Shown piece after piece: positions 13,046 through 26,200 of a stretch of 64,000 nt of DNA. The notes below the pieces were generated by a model. The model made no database searches, had not been told where the DNA came from, and saw only the letters and a list, made by a program, of their open reading frames with translations. Where the stretch lies: the NCBI RefSeq assembly GCF_006345805.1, contig NC_043010.1, forward strand, positions 62,001-126,000, read 5' to 3'. Source of the DNA: Octopus sinensis (taxonomy: Eukaryota). Each line of letters starts with the position of its first letter. The stretch's first letter is position 1. The position numbers were made by a program, and so were the translations under genes.

Positions 13046-13080
<35 letters not shown>

Positions 13081-13194
13081 GTCTCTTTATGTCAGTGATT
13101 GTTTCCCTAACACCACTTGCCAACCAGTGTTTGTGTGTAGCTTCGCGTTTCGGCAAATAGAATAAATAGTAGACTTTAAAACATACGCCCCAAA

Positions 13195-13258
13195 CCCTTT
13201 AAGGTTGTGCTCCAGAATGGCTGCAGTCAAATGACTGAAACAAGTAAAAGAAAAGAAG
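13195..13258 (+). mobile_element. SINE 3' tail fragment
   Basis: gtgctccagaatggctgcagtcaaatgactgaaacaagtaaaag is the same tail as the SINE at 39085. Confidence 0.7.
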
Positions 13259-13654
13259 AGTATATAAATATGTATATAGCTTACAGAGCCAACAGAGGCA
13301 GAATCAGCAGAAAAAGTCCCTCATCAAGTGAGAGATAAATATCCATTTAAATACACAACCGAAAGAGCTACTTGTAGTTCCAAGATTTTATCATACATGA
13401 CCAGGCATATTTACAAAATGTGTCATTTATTAGAAAGTAACTTTCAGCCTCTGTTTATGCGTTAAATATATTTTGAGAAGCAAGAATGCTGGGCGGAAAG
13501 AAAATAAGATAAAACACAGCAAAAGAACTTGAAGAAAGAAGAAACGAAAGACAAATAATCAAGAAAACTAATATCCTCTCCCTCTCCCCCTCCACATTAT
13601 TTTTTCCTTATTTTCCTTGACTTTTTAAATATATTTAACGCTTAAACAGATCCT

Positions 13655-14005
13655 TTTTTACTATGGGCACAAGGCCTGGATTTTGTGGTGAGGGGTATTA
13701 AGTCGATTACATCGACCCCGGAGTTTCACTGGTACTTAATTTATCGACCTCAAAAGGATGAAAGGTAAAGTCAACCTCGGTGGAATTTGAACTCAGAACA
13801 TGAAGACAGATGAAATAAGGTTTGGTGTTCTGCTTGGCATTCGAATAATTCAGCTAGCTCGCCATCTGGAAATGCAGGTAATACTCATTTTGGGAAGCTG
13901 AGTTGACTGGAGGAACGTGAAATAAACTGTCTTGCTCAAGGATACAACACGCCGCCGGCAATCGAACTCGTGACCCTTCGATTCCGAGCGGAATACACTA
14001 AACAC
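13655..14005 (-). mobile_element. Two adjacent tRNA-derived SINE fragments
   Basis: Motifs gtcgattacatcgacccc, ggaatttgaactcagaac and gtcttgctcaagga are shared with the SINEs at 43440-43850, 50322 and 54577. Confidence 0.75.
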
Positions 14006-14296
14006 TAAGACAGGCGCTTTCTTATAACGCTTAAAGAGATCCTGAAATATACACAGCATATTTTATAAATTGGTTTGTTGAAGTAACAAAAAGCATGAAA
14101 CTATAAACTCTTTCGCCAGTGTACTTACACACACACACACGCACACACACACATACACACACAGATATATATATTAATCAATGAAATTACAACCCAGTCC
14201 GATGTTCACGTTTCAATATTTACAATTTTCACAATTTTACAATCTTATAATAATAGAATATCAACTTTACTTGAGAATATTATATATTTATCGTAA

Positions 14297-14337
14297 TAAA
14301 ACTAGTGCTTTCATGCGTTACGCAGTCATCAGGTTTA
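14297..14337 (-). ncRNA. Degenerate minimal hammerhead-like motif
   Basis: Minus strand aaac CTGATGA c-tgcg-taa-cgca-t GAAA gcac TA gttt. Stem I is 4 bp, the first stem II pair is mismatched, and stem III is near-palindromic. Confidence 0.4.
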
Positions 14338-14784
14338 TCTAGTAGGAAGGACAGTCACGTTCCAGAATTGACAACTGTAGGGAAATGGTTAGATTTGTCC
14401 TTTAAAGAACTTTAGATGGGCTCCAGCAGGCTGAATCTTAGGAAATGTATTTTGACCAATCAGTATTTGACTTAGATGTGACGGTTTGGTGAATGCGCTA
14501 ACCTGGTTAGCATATACCTCACTTCTTTCAAAGAAATATCTTAACCAATTGGTGTGCAGCTTATATGTCACGGTTTGGTGGGCACGTCAAGGATTCCTAA
14601 CTTTTATGGAACCTTTTCCTAAACTTTCCCAAATAGTTTACACTTCAACCGATTCAATGTTGACATGGTTAACACTAGTATCATAATCACCATCATTTTT
14701 CTTAATGTCGTTAGTGGTTGAGCTGGTAGAAGTGGTGGTATTGGTGTTGTTGATGGTGGGGGTGGTAGCATTAATAGCAATAGT

Positions 14785-14830
14785 ATTTATTATTATTATT
14801 ATTATTATCATCATCATCATCATCATTATT

Positions 14831-14877
<47 letters not shown>

Positions 14878-14941
14878 TATTATTATTATCATCATCATCA
14901 TCATCATCATCATCATTATTATCATCATCATCATCATTATT

Positions 14942-14978
<37 letters not shown>

Positions 14979-15061
14979 ATCATCATCATATCATCATTAT
15001 TATTATTATTATTATTATTATCATCATCATCATCATCATTATTATCATCATCATCATCATT

Positions 15062-15102
<41 letters not shown>

Positions 15103-15121
15103 TATTATTATTATTATCATT

Positions 15122-15156
<35 letters not shown>

Positions 15157-15702
15157 TATTGAGTGAGAGAGCAGTGCATGCCATCAAAGTAACACTGGGG
15201 TAAAATATGGAAGCCCAGTATACTCATCATGACTACCCGTCTGATAAGGGTACACTAGGCACATGCATCACAACCAAGTGTGCGCGACATGGTGATCTCA
15301 TATCAAGATAAACAGCACATGACCTTGCAGGTGGGGCCCAGTTAGAATTTTCTTTAGGTCGAGTAACCCATGCCACTCGAAAGGTCCCTGAATAAGGGTT
15401 GTTTAAGGATGTTGAACGAAACACCCAGGTTTCCAAAGGTGAATTATTCAAACCCCCAAAAATCCCTCTCAACGCACGGCTATGATGCTCCCCCACTACT
15501 TCTGCTCGTGATCAGAGATGCACATATCGTCAGTCACTAAGGGACATGCTCAACTGGTTAAGGGCAAACAACTGACAAGCAAATCTGTGGTATTGAGCAG
15601 AATATTTGCTGTAGCCCATCTTTTATACCAAGACAAAACAATGTATATGATAACGCTTCCAATCAGTTAAGATCAGAAGCCATGAGAGCCACTGCCTTGT
15701 AC

Positions 15703-15744
<42 letters not shown>

Positions 15745-15746
15745 GA

Positions 15747-15802
<56 letters not shown>

Positions 15803-15967
15803 CATCATTATTATTATCATCATCATTATTATCATCATCATTATTATTATTATTATTTTATCATTATCATTATTATTAATATTATTATTATCATTATTAT
15901 AACTATTATTATTGTTATTATTATTATTTTATTATTATTATTATTATCATTATTATCATCATCATTA

Positions 15968-16015
<48 letters not shown>

Positions 16016-16019
16016 ATTA

Positions 16020-16054
<35 letters not shown>

Positions 16055-16091
16055 GTTATTGTTATTTTTGTTATTATTATCATTATCATTT

Positions 16092-16125
<34 letters not shown>

Positions 16126-16127
16126 TA

Positions 16128-16162
<35 letters not shown>

Positions 16163-16218
16163 ATTATCATTATTATTATTATTACTTTTTTTTTCTTCCA
16201 TTATCATTTTTATTATTA

Positions 16219-16249
<31 letters not shown>

Positions 16250-16335
16250 CATTATTATTATTATTATTATTATTATCATTATTATCATCATCATCATTCT
16301 TCTTATTATTGTTATTATTATTATTATTATTATTG

Positions 16336-16376
<41 letters not shown>

Positions 16377-16531
16377 TTTGTTATTATTATCATTATTATT
16401 ATTATTATCATCATCATTATTATTATTATATTATTATTATTATTATCATTATTATTATTATTATTTTTATTATTATTATTATTATCATTATTATTATTAT
16501 TATTAATATTATCATTATTATTATTATTATT
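14785..16531. repeat. Large (ATT)n/(ATC)n trinucleotide array, interrupted by a 540-bp element
   Basis: Direct inspection; it produces the poly-I, poly-M and poly-D ORFs in the track. Confidence 0.97.
15161..15702. mobile_element. About 540-bp non-coding interspersed element inserted in (ATT)n
   Basis: Higher-GC block with sharp edges and (ATT)n on both sides; no long ORF, no TIR. I recall it as an abundant octopus repeat but have not verified this. Confidence 0.6.
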
Positions 16532-18630
16532 CGTAGTTTTATTTTTTATAGCGTGCTTTCACTTCACTACCGAGCGCAGCTCTGTGTGCCTTGGGTATGT
16601 GCTGTGATTTGTTGTGATGCTCTGATTGTTATTGTTTGGAAAGTGTTCTGCGTAGGATGTGTGCAGTGCCTAGTAGTGCAATTTTCTGTATGTTATATGT
16701 GTTTGTAAGTCCTGGTGTTTTTGTTATGTATTTGTCTGAGTATTTTTTATCATGCCTAATGCACCTACTATGATAGGAATTGTTTCTGTTTTTAGATTCC
16801 ACATTCTGGTTACCTCTATTTCCAGGTCTTTGTATTTTGAGAGTTTCTCCATTTCTTTTAGAGGCACGTTGTCATCTTCCGGTATTGATACATCAATTAG
16901 AAAGCATTTTTTCCTTCATGATCTCTGACAACTCTATCTGGTCTGTTGGCCTTAATTTCTCTATCTGTGTGTATCGGCATATCCCAGAGTATGGTTGCTT
17001 TCTCATTTTCTGTGACCTTTTCTGGTGTGTGCCTATACCATCTTTTTTCTGTTGTTATTCCATAATGTTAGCATAGCTTCCAGTGTATGTAGGTTCCAAC
17101 TCTGTCATGTCTGTGAATATATTCCTTCTTAGCCAGGACTGGGCAGCTAGAGATAATATGATTTATTGTTTCTTGTCCATCTCCACATATTCTGCAGTTA
17201 CTTGTTATATTTCTTTTCATTACATGTTTTTGGTAATTTCTGGTGGGGAGGCTTTGGTCTTGTGCTGCAATTAAAAATCCCTCTGTCTCTGCTTTGAGTC
17301 CTGAGCTTCTCAACCATTGCTGGGATTTTTCTTTGTCTATTTCTTTTGCATTTAGTTTAGTCCAGTATTTACCGTGGAGGGGTTTTTCTTGCCATCGTTT
17401 TCTCATGGTTCTTTGCTGTTCTAGTTTTAGTTTGGATTTCATTTGTTTTATAGCTTTTTTGTTTCTTCATCTTCTTCTTCTTTTATTTGTTAGGTGGTAT
17501 GATTTCTTGTTTGTATTTGTCAGCTTCCTTAATACTGAGAACAGTTTTTTGTTTTGCTCGTGTTTTGCCGCTATTTGTATCAGTTTTCCTTCCTTCTGAA
17601 GTAGATATTTTTGCAGTCCTATGGTGGTTATTTTTATAGTAGTTTTCCAGCTGCATAAGGCCTCTACCATCTTCTATACGTTGTATATATAGTCTTTCTA
17701 TGTCAGATTTTGGGTGATGCATCCTAGACCCTGTCATTATTTTTCTTGTTTTCCTATCTATTTTGGTCAGTTCATTTAGTGTCATTAAGGATATTGTAAG
17801 TAACTGTAACTTTAACTGGGACAGCTAAAGTGTTAATACCTATTATCTTGTTTTTAGCATTGAGCTCTGTTTTTAGTATTGATCTAACTCGTCTATAATA
17901 TTCTTTTTTTATTTTCTCTTTCATTTGTGTGTGTTGTGTCTTATCTAGTTCATGGATTCCTAAGTATTTGTAAGTTTGGCTTTGGTCTAATTCTTTTATT
18001 TCATTGGTTTTATCTAGTGTGATGTTGCTACTCTTACTAGTTTTTCTCTTTTCATGTTACTTTGGCGCATTTTTCTAATCCAAATTTCATATCTATTTCT
18101 TTGGTAAATCCATGAACTGTCTTTAATATTGTTCCAGCTGTTTGTCATTTGCAGCGTATAGTTTTAGGTCATCCATATATAAAAGGTGGCTGATCGTTTT
18201 GCCGTAACATTTATATCCGCATCCAGTTCTATTTAGTATATCAGATAGAGGTGACAGTGCCAAGCAGAAAAGGAGTGGAGAGAGCGTGTCTCCCTGGAAT
18301 ATTCCTCTTCTAATGGGGATGTCTTTAGTTTTCATGACTCCCTCTTTTGTTTGGAGGTGTAGGACTGTTTGCCATTTATTCATAGAGTGCTCTATGAATT
18401 TTATGATTGTTGGTTCTACTTTGTTAATGGCTAGTGTTTCGAGGATCCATGTGTGGGGGATGCGATCAAACGCCTTTTTGTAGTCAATCCAGGCCATACT
18501 GAGGCATTTCTTCTTTCTGTGGCTGTCTTCAGTAATGGCTTTATTAATCATTAGTTGATCTTTACAGCCATATGAGCCTTTACGGCATTCTTTCTGCTCT
18601 TCTGGGAACAGTTTGTTTTTGTCCAGGTGC

Positions 18631-18632
<2 letters not shown>
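16532..18632 (-). mobile_element. 5'-truncated Dong/R4-clade (RLE) non-LTR retrotransposon, copy B
   Basis: RT motifs AWIDYKKAFD, RRGIFQGDTLSPLLF and LLYMDDLKLY; CRICGDGQETINHIISSC zinc finger. Both ends abut (ATT)n. Confidence 0.9.
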
Positions 18633-18704
<72 letters not shown>

Positions 18705-18707
<3 letters not shown>

Positions 18708-21685
18708 TAGTTTTATTTTTATAGCGTGCTTTCACTTCACTACCGAGCGCAGCTCTGTGTGCCTTGGGTATGTGCTGTGATTTGTTGTGATGCTCTGATG
18801 GTTATTGTATGGAAAGTGTTCTGCGTAGGATGTGTGCAGTGCCTAGTAGTGCACCTATTATGATAGGAATTGTTTCTGTTTTCAGATTCCACATTCTAGT
18901 TACCTCTATTTCCAGGTCTTTGTATTTTGAGAGTTTCTCCATTTCTTTTAGAGACACGTTGTCATCAGCCGGTATTGATACATCAATTAGAAAGCATTTT
19001 CTTTCTTCATGATCTCTGACAACTATATCTGGTCTGTTGGCCTTAATTTCTCTATCTGTGTGTATCGGCATATCCCAGAGTATGGTTGCTTTCTCGTTTT
19101 CTGTGACCTTTTCTGTTGTGTGCCTATACCATCTTTTTCTGTTGTTATTCCATAATGTTGGCATAGCTTCCAATGTTTGTAGGTTCCAACTCTGTCATGT
19201 CTGTGAATATATTCCTTCTTAGCCAGGACTGGGCAGCTAGAGATAATATGATTTATTGTTTCTTGTCCATCTCCACATATTCTGCAGTTACTTGTAATAT
19301 TTCTTTTCATTACATGTTTTTGGTAATTTCTGGTGGGGAGGCTTTGGTCTTGTGCTGCAATTAAAAATCCCTCTGTCTCTACTTTGAGTCCTGAGCTTCT
19401 CAACCATTGCTGGGATCTTTCTTTGTCTATTTCTTTGGTTTTCATGATAGAGGTGACAGTGCCAAGCAGAAAAGGAGTGGAGAGAGCGTGTCTCCCTGGA
19501 ATATTCCTCTTCTAATGGGGATGTCTTTGGTTTTCATGAGTCCCTCTTTTGTTTTGAGGTGTAGGACTGTTTGCCATTTATTCATGGAGTGTTCTATGAA
19601 TTTTATGATTGTTGGTGCTACTTTGTTAATGGCTAGTGTTTCAAGGATCCATGTGTGGGGGATGCTATCAAACGCCTTTTTGTAGTCAATCCAGGCCATA
19701 CTGAGGCCTTTCTTCTTTCTGTGGCTGTCTTCAGTTACGGCTTTATTGATCATTAGTTGATCTTTATAGCCATATGAGCCTTTGCAGCATCCTTTCTGCT
19801 CTTCTGGGAACAGTTTGTTTTCGTCCAGGTGCTTGTTCAGCCTTTGTGATATCACTGCAGTAAATGCCTTGAACATAGTAGGGAGGCAGGTTATTGGTCT
19901 GTAGTTTTCTGGTTTTTCTGTTTCATTTGATTTGGGAATTAAGATGGTTTTCCCCTTCGTGAGCCATTCAGGCATTGTCTCTGGCTCTGCTAGTACGTTG
20001 TTAAAGTTTTCAGCCAGCTTTTTGTGCATTCCTGTTAGATATTTCAACCAGAAGTTGGGGATCTTGTCATGCCCAGGTGCCTTCCAGTTGCTTAGTCTTT
20101 GCAGTGCCTGGGTGACCTCTTCAGTTGTTATGGGGGTCCAAAGTAGTTCAGATGCCGAGTTTGTTATTTTGATACTCCTTTTTTTTGGTGGTTCGTTCGC
20201 CGACCATATTTCTCTCCAGAATTCTTCCAATTCTTATGCCGTTGGTGCTGCAGTGACTTCTATTTTATTTTTGCCCAGTTCTTGGTAGAACTTTTTGGGG
20301 TTGGAGTTGAACTTTTTGTTTTCCTCAAAGAAGCGTTGGCGTTTCTTGTACCGGCGGATCCTTTGAGCTTTGGCAAGGATATCTTGCTTCAGCTTTTCTT
20401 TTATTTCAGGCAAATCTTTCTCTGTGATGTTATATTTGCGGAGTATTTTTGTTCTCTTTTTGTTGCTCAGTAGCGTTGATTGTTTGCTGATTTCATTAAG
20501 AATCGACATGTCTTTTCTAAATTTTTTTATTTTGCTTTGGATGTTATTTATCCACAGGGTTTGTTTGGGTGGTGGTACTCCTGTTTGGGCGGGTTTGGGT
20601 GAGTATCCAGCTTCTTTTGTGGCTGCAGTGGCTGCTGCGTATATTAAGTTATTTAGCTCAGTGATATCACTTTTTTTTTATTCAGTGGCTATCAGTTCAG
20701 TGACGGCTAGGTTATGCTGTTTATAATAGGTGTTATTATTTCGTTTATTTTGATTCTTGGGAGGTATGGTCGGTGGTCCATTTTGAGCTCTGTGGTTTTC
20801 AGTTCTTTGATTATTTTATTTTTTATATTATCATAATCATTAGGCTCCCCTTCGTTGTTTACATCGTGTTTGTTGAGAATGTTGCGTTTGTCTTCGTGTT
20901 TTACAGTTTCAGTGTTTATATTATTGGGCATTGTTGTGTGGCTTCTATCTACATTTTCCTGGTGTATGTTTTCTTTTAGGTGTTCTATTTCTATTTCTGA
21001 TATTTTTTTTGTGTTGAGAATGTATCTTCGTACGTTAGATAATTTATTAGGGTTCATTGCTGTATCCAAGTCTATATCTCTATTATTTTCCTTCCATATT
21101 TTATATGTATGTGTTGTTGTATTTTCATTTTTTGGGTAGAGTACTACTGTGAAGTATGCGTGTAAGATAGAAATGTATTCCTCACGTGTCCATTTACGTC
21201 TTTTGGGTTTTATTTGCGGGACATGAGGTACAACGTCCGGCCCATTATTTTGACGGTCGTCATTTTCGTAGGGTACCGGTCCGTTTATTTCTGTTGTCAC
21301 ATTATTTCGCACGTGTAGTTTTTCGTACATTTTTTGTTGTAAGTTTAATGTACGTACCGCTCGATTGTTATTCTTGGGTTGAATAGTATCGGTGGCATTT
21401 AATTTCTTCGTAGTTCTTTTGTACATGGTGTTTGGGGTCGGGGATGATCGTGATGTTCCACGCATGTTTACATGTGTTGCGTTAGAGGTGGAGATGATAT
21501 CGAGTCAAAATACATCATTTCGTTTCGAAAATAGTAATAAATTTCAATTAGTATTACTTACTCGGATACAGTCCAATTCTTTGTTAGTAAAACTTTGACT
21601 CCATAGGATGTCCTTGTTTTCGATGTTTGTGGATAGATTTCGGAGCTCTGAATTTTCCTTCTTACATCTTAAACGTCCCCCGGTG

Positions 21686-21690
<5 letters not shown>
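18705..21690 (-). mobile_element. Dong/R4-clade retrotransposon retaining its 5' end but with two internal deletions, copy A
   Basis: N-terminal KRRKWTREEY (Myb-like), RT KAPGHD/NYRPITCLP/PEEQKG, CCHC finger and RLE motif RPDIVV..IDVSIP..EKLSKY. The YMDD region is missing. Confidence 0.9.
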
Positions 21691-21753
<63 letters not shown>

Positions 21754-21806
21754 CATCATCATTATTATTATTATTATCATTATTATCATTATTATTATTA
21801 TTATTA

Positions 21807-21855
<49 letters not shown>

Positions 21856-21920
21856 CATTATTATTATTATTATCATCATCATTATTATTATTATTATTAC
21901 TCTTATTATTATTATTACTC

Positions 21921-21978
<58 letters not shown>

Positions 21979-22010
21979 CAGCATCATAATCATCATCATC
22001 ATCATCATCT
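21691..22010. repeat. (ATT)n microsatellite
   Basis: Direct inspection of the sequence. Confidence 0.97.
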
Positions 22011-22049
22011 CATTCCAGTCATCACCGTTACTATAACTATTATTAGTTT

Positions 22050-23300
22050 TGTCCATTTAAAAACGGGTTTCAATTTATCAATAAATTTTTTTCTCTAACG
22101 TTTCTCTCGACTTTTCTTCAGTTGTGTAGACCACATGTTGCCAGTGGTCGGTTACAGGGATCATCTGGCCAACATCAGGATCTCTTATTTACTGTTGGGG
22201 CACACGTGAACGTTCCGCTAGTGCATTCCAAGTCTGGCCAACGTATATCACTTCAGATTTCTGGCATTTGATGCAGTAAATTAAATTTCTGCTTTTGCAG
22301 TTCATATTTACATTTGCAAATATTCTTCCGTTTATTTTTTGTTCCAATATTGACCGATATGTATGAACTGACATGTCCCACATCGATTATCATTGTACTT
22401 AGACACAATGAATGATTCGTATTGTTGCTAAGATCATACTTTGCCTTTATTAGATGTTTCAAGTCTTTCGACTGTCTTTTACTTTGAGCCATTACTCCAT
22501 CCGTGATTATATCTTCTAATTCATTACTTTGAATAATGATCGGCAAGTTTGATTTGCAATGCTTAAGGTATTCTGGTAACATGGGTTGTGTGCCACTATA
22601 ACTGGTATGATCTGTTCTCGTTTTCCTCTTCCTCGGGTGGCCCTAAGTTCTTGTATGGGTATTTCTATATCAAGCTGTATACCATTTTCTATGAGTAGAG
22701 ACGGATATTTTTGCTTGGGTAGAGATTCTTTTAGTTTTGTTAGGCTTTTGTCTCTGATTCTCACATCCTCCACAAACGTACAAATTTTCTCGGCTAGGTT
22801 GTGTGGGATATTACGTTTTGTATATGTTGGATAGTAAGATTTGAAGTTCAGGTATTGAACTTTAAAGGTTAATTGATCTGTTTTGGTGACACAATTCGTG
22901 ACACCAAAATATCTTTAGAATTGCCAAAGCAAATTTGACGATCATTGTTCAAAGTAATGAATTGAAGGATATTATATATATTGATTTAGCTTCCAGACAT
23001 TCTTTTCCGGACACAGTATTTGTTATCATGAGACCCCTTATTGCACACAAACGTAGTAATTATGCTCGCTTCTATTTTAGTTTGCCAAAGCTTTATCTTT
23101 CTATAGCATTTGGTCAGTTCTTGCTTCAGCCTGCTTCTTCGTTGTTGCGGAGGTCTCCAACGATTACGTTGAAGCAATTCCATAGTAACAAGTTTCTTTT
23201 TGTTTGCAGGTGATCAAAGTATTCATTTAATTCTTCAAAACTGTATCTTGAATCTGGGACATAAATTTAGAAGATGGTTAACATTCCCTGTGGCATCGAG
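22050..23300 (-). mobile_element. Degenerate Penelope-like element (GIY-YIG endonuclease, Neptune-like) with the RT core deleted
   Basis: NCKSRNLIYCIKCQKSEVIYVGQT (GIY-YIG), linker KYPSLLIENGI..IPVIVAHNP, and an N-terminal-like LKQELTKCYRKIKL. Confidence 0.7.
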
Positions 23301-23574
23301 AGAAATACTCATTAGTCTCTCTTAATAAGAGACGTAGGAATTTATGTATTTTGCGAATATGTTTTTCTTCCATCAAAGCTACTCCCTGTCATGTAATGTT
23401 ATCTCTTCTGCATAAATAAATGATAACATACTTAACCATTTCAAACGCGATACCTTGCAGATAAGAAAGGACATTTCAAACCCAGTAAAGCTGTAGAGAT
23501 AGCAGAGAAAGTCTGGGTACACTTATGAGACTCGAACCCGTATCCCTCAGACATCGACTGAGTAGGCGACAGGC

Positions 23575-24750
23575 AATTTGAATCCTGATAACTTCACCCC
23601 CGGTATTTTGACTCCGGTAATTTGACTACCAGTCAATTTCACTCCCGATATTAGAAAAAATAAAACGTTGAATAAGGATAAAATAAAAAGTCGAGTAAAA
23701 CCTAAAATTATTACTAAAAGTTTCAATAAAAATGAAGGTTAGGGGCCATTGTTCATATAAAATCCATCTTATTTTCGGGACTGTGTCGCTCAATACTTAT
23801 CCGTTTGCTTATATTCTTTCTTTTATTTTCGTTTGGTCTCGCAGATCCCATCTCCATCAAATTCAACCTTTCTCAGCTGTGCCAAGTGTTCTTCCCTTTT
23901 CAATGCTGTAATTATCTCCATATATTCGGATGTGAACAAATTAAGGAAATTTGTAGGGCGTTGTGAAATCCCTCTAAAAGTTTATTAGTGCGAGGCATTT
24001 CCGATTCTGTTTTAAAGCGGACATTCCAACTACCAATGGGAAACTAGGGAGAAGTCCTTTGTGGTCTCATTCCTTTACTTCGCAAACCTCTTAGATACGA
24101 TAATCCAAAGTAGGTCACAAGTTCTTGCGGAAGATCATCGTCATCTACAAGATTTTCCGTCAATCTCATCATCGAGACGAAGAATTAGCAACGCTTAAAA
24201 CCATCTGATTTTAATGCTGAACTCATTATAATGATGGTATATTTCCTTCAAGCCAAATTCACATGTTTTCTGTATATATTTTGTGATAGATGAAAAAGAC
24301 AGCATGAGATGGAAGTAGTAGGAAACAGATACAATGCTATAAATAAGAGCTTTTTCAAAATCCCTCATAACATCTTCAGGGCTCAGTCTTTGGAGTAATT
24401 CATTTAGCTTATAAAAAAGGCGGGTGTAAGTTTATTGATTTTTATTTTGCGGAACACTGAATAACCCCACCTGAATATGATGCATGGATTTTGAAGCACA
24501 TGAACAATGAGGATCTTCACCAATGTACTGAATTATGGTATGATCTTCATCATGTATCATAATGTGCACTCGAGCGTTACAGGACATAATTTCGAATTTC
24601 CTGTAAGTCTTAGATTCATCGGCTTTTTGTTTCTGTGCTTCATAATATGTAATTCATGTCATCCACAAGTCTCTTCCTTCCGCGGATACTGTCAAAAACG
24701 TGAGGTATGGTGTTAGTATATTTCCTTTATAAGTAACTTTTATATCCTTG
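23575..24750 (-). mobile_element. MULE (Mutator-like) transposase relic, probably with a FLYWCH-like N-terminus
   Basis: Manual translation gives PEDVMRDFEKALI and FPIGSWNV..MPRTNKLLEGFHNALQISLICSHPNIW; SKTYRKFEIMSCNARVH lies upstream. Many stops. Confidence 0.65.
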
Positions 24751-25899
24751 TAAGTTTGATAAATAATTTAACGAAGTATTTACACGAACGCACGAGGCTT
24801 CCTGTTATACGAGGTTACACGGCTCACAGCGAACTGCTGATAACTCGTCAGTTCTTTATTCATAGCAAATGTGACAATTCACTTTTAATCATATGGGAGT
24901 TGTCGAAATCCTTCCACAACAGTAACGAATGAGGCAAGGATGGATCACGGATAAACCTGTAAACTCTTTAAATTAAACATCCGAATGGATAACTGAAAAG
25001 GTACTTTCAGTTAACTGAATTACTCTATAAATAAATCAATCGAATAGGTGACTGAAATGATATTTTCAGTTTACCGAATTACCTTGTATATCATCAGCAT
25101 CATCATCATCAGTAGCAGCAGCAGAAGCAGCAACAACAATAACAATAATCAGTAGAGCACTTAAAAGGTGCAAACCTTCGCCGAGACAATACCAACATCC
25201 TCAACGATGAGCCAGAGATGATTTTTAGAATGAGAATATCTGAAATAAACTCGACTGCTCTCACAAACGAGAATACTAAAAGTGAACTCGACCGCTCTCA
25301 AAAATTAGATGGAGTAAGCAAATTAATGCTGAAAACGGCAGGATCCGCATACTTCGCCTTGATGAATGACTCTCACTCTCTGACTCGTAATAATTTATGG
25401 CACCAATTTATGAAAAGAATGAGGCTCTAGAAATATATAACGCGTAACGTTATTGGACCTTCGATCCAGCGCCCGCGCAACACTCAGCTAATCACAACAC
25501 AGGGTTCAATAAATGTCCAATGACTTTTATGATAGTTATTTTAACCAATCTCAACAGAGTAGCGTGGTGAGCTTTCAGAAACTAACTTAATGTTTTCAAA
25601 TATACAATAATAGAAATTGGTTTCGCTACACATCTATCACGTCCATATGTTCAGAATATTGCTATTGGTCAGAATTTTACTATTCGTCTAGGCATTATAG
25701 CGGAATATGCAAGGGAACAGCACTTCCCTTCTTGGAGCCCATAGCAAAGATGTGGATGTAACTAATCCAGAATTTGATTCTTCGATAAACCTTGTGCTAA
25801 CCATTACGGTTTATAATCTACTAGTTCCATTTATATGTTGTGTTTGTATAGGATTCAACATCTTCGTGCAGTCACGTATTAAAGCTTGCTTGTCAGCCT

Positions 25900-26200
25900 G
25901 GACGTATTACAAATTGTCTGTTGTATGTCATATTTTCACAAGATTGTAAGTACTGCAACTACGTGTGACAAGCACCCAATATAGGTTAAGTGTTGTATAT
26001 TGAGGTAAGGCACAGATGTGTAGATGTCTGTAGATGGGTTTTTGAACATTGTGAACCTGCAGAGTTAGATTCATAACCAGGTTGTTCGTCATAGTGCTTG
26101 TAGTATATTGGGGGCTCATCGTTGTAGAACCTATGGAATTTGTGGGCAACGGTATGGAGGAGGGGCCATATGAGGGCCGAAAGGCAGATCAAGGAGAAGT
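25900..26200 (-). mobile_element. Highly degenerate Penelope-like RT remnant
   Basis: EPPIYYK.. and VQKP..LVTR..CST resemble PLE palm/thumb motifs; the match is weak. Confidence 0.3.

Noticed and set aside
14638-16708. Long poly-I/M/D/N/L ORFs in the track (also 21544-22056)
   Set aside because: They are translations of (ATT)n/(ATC)n microsatellites, not genes.
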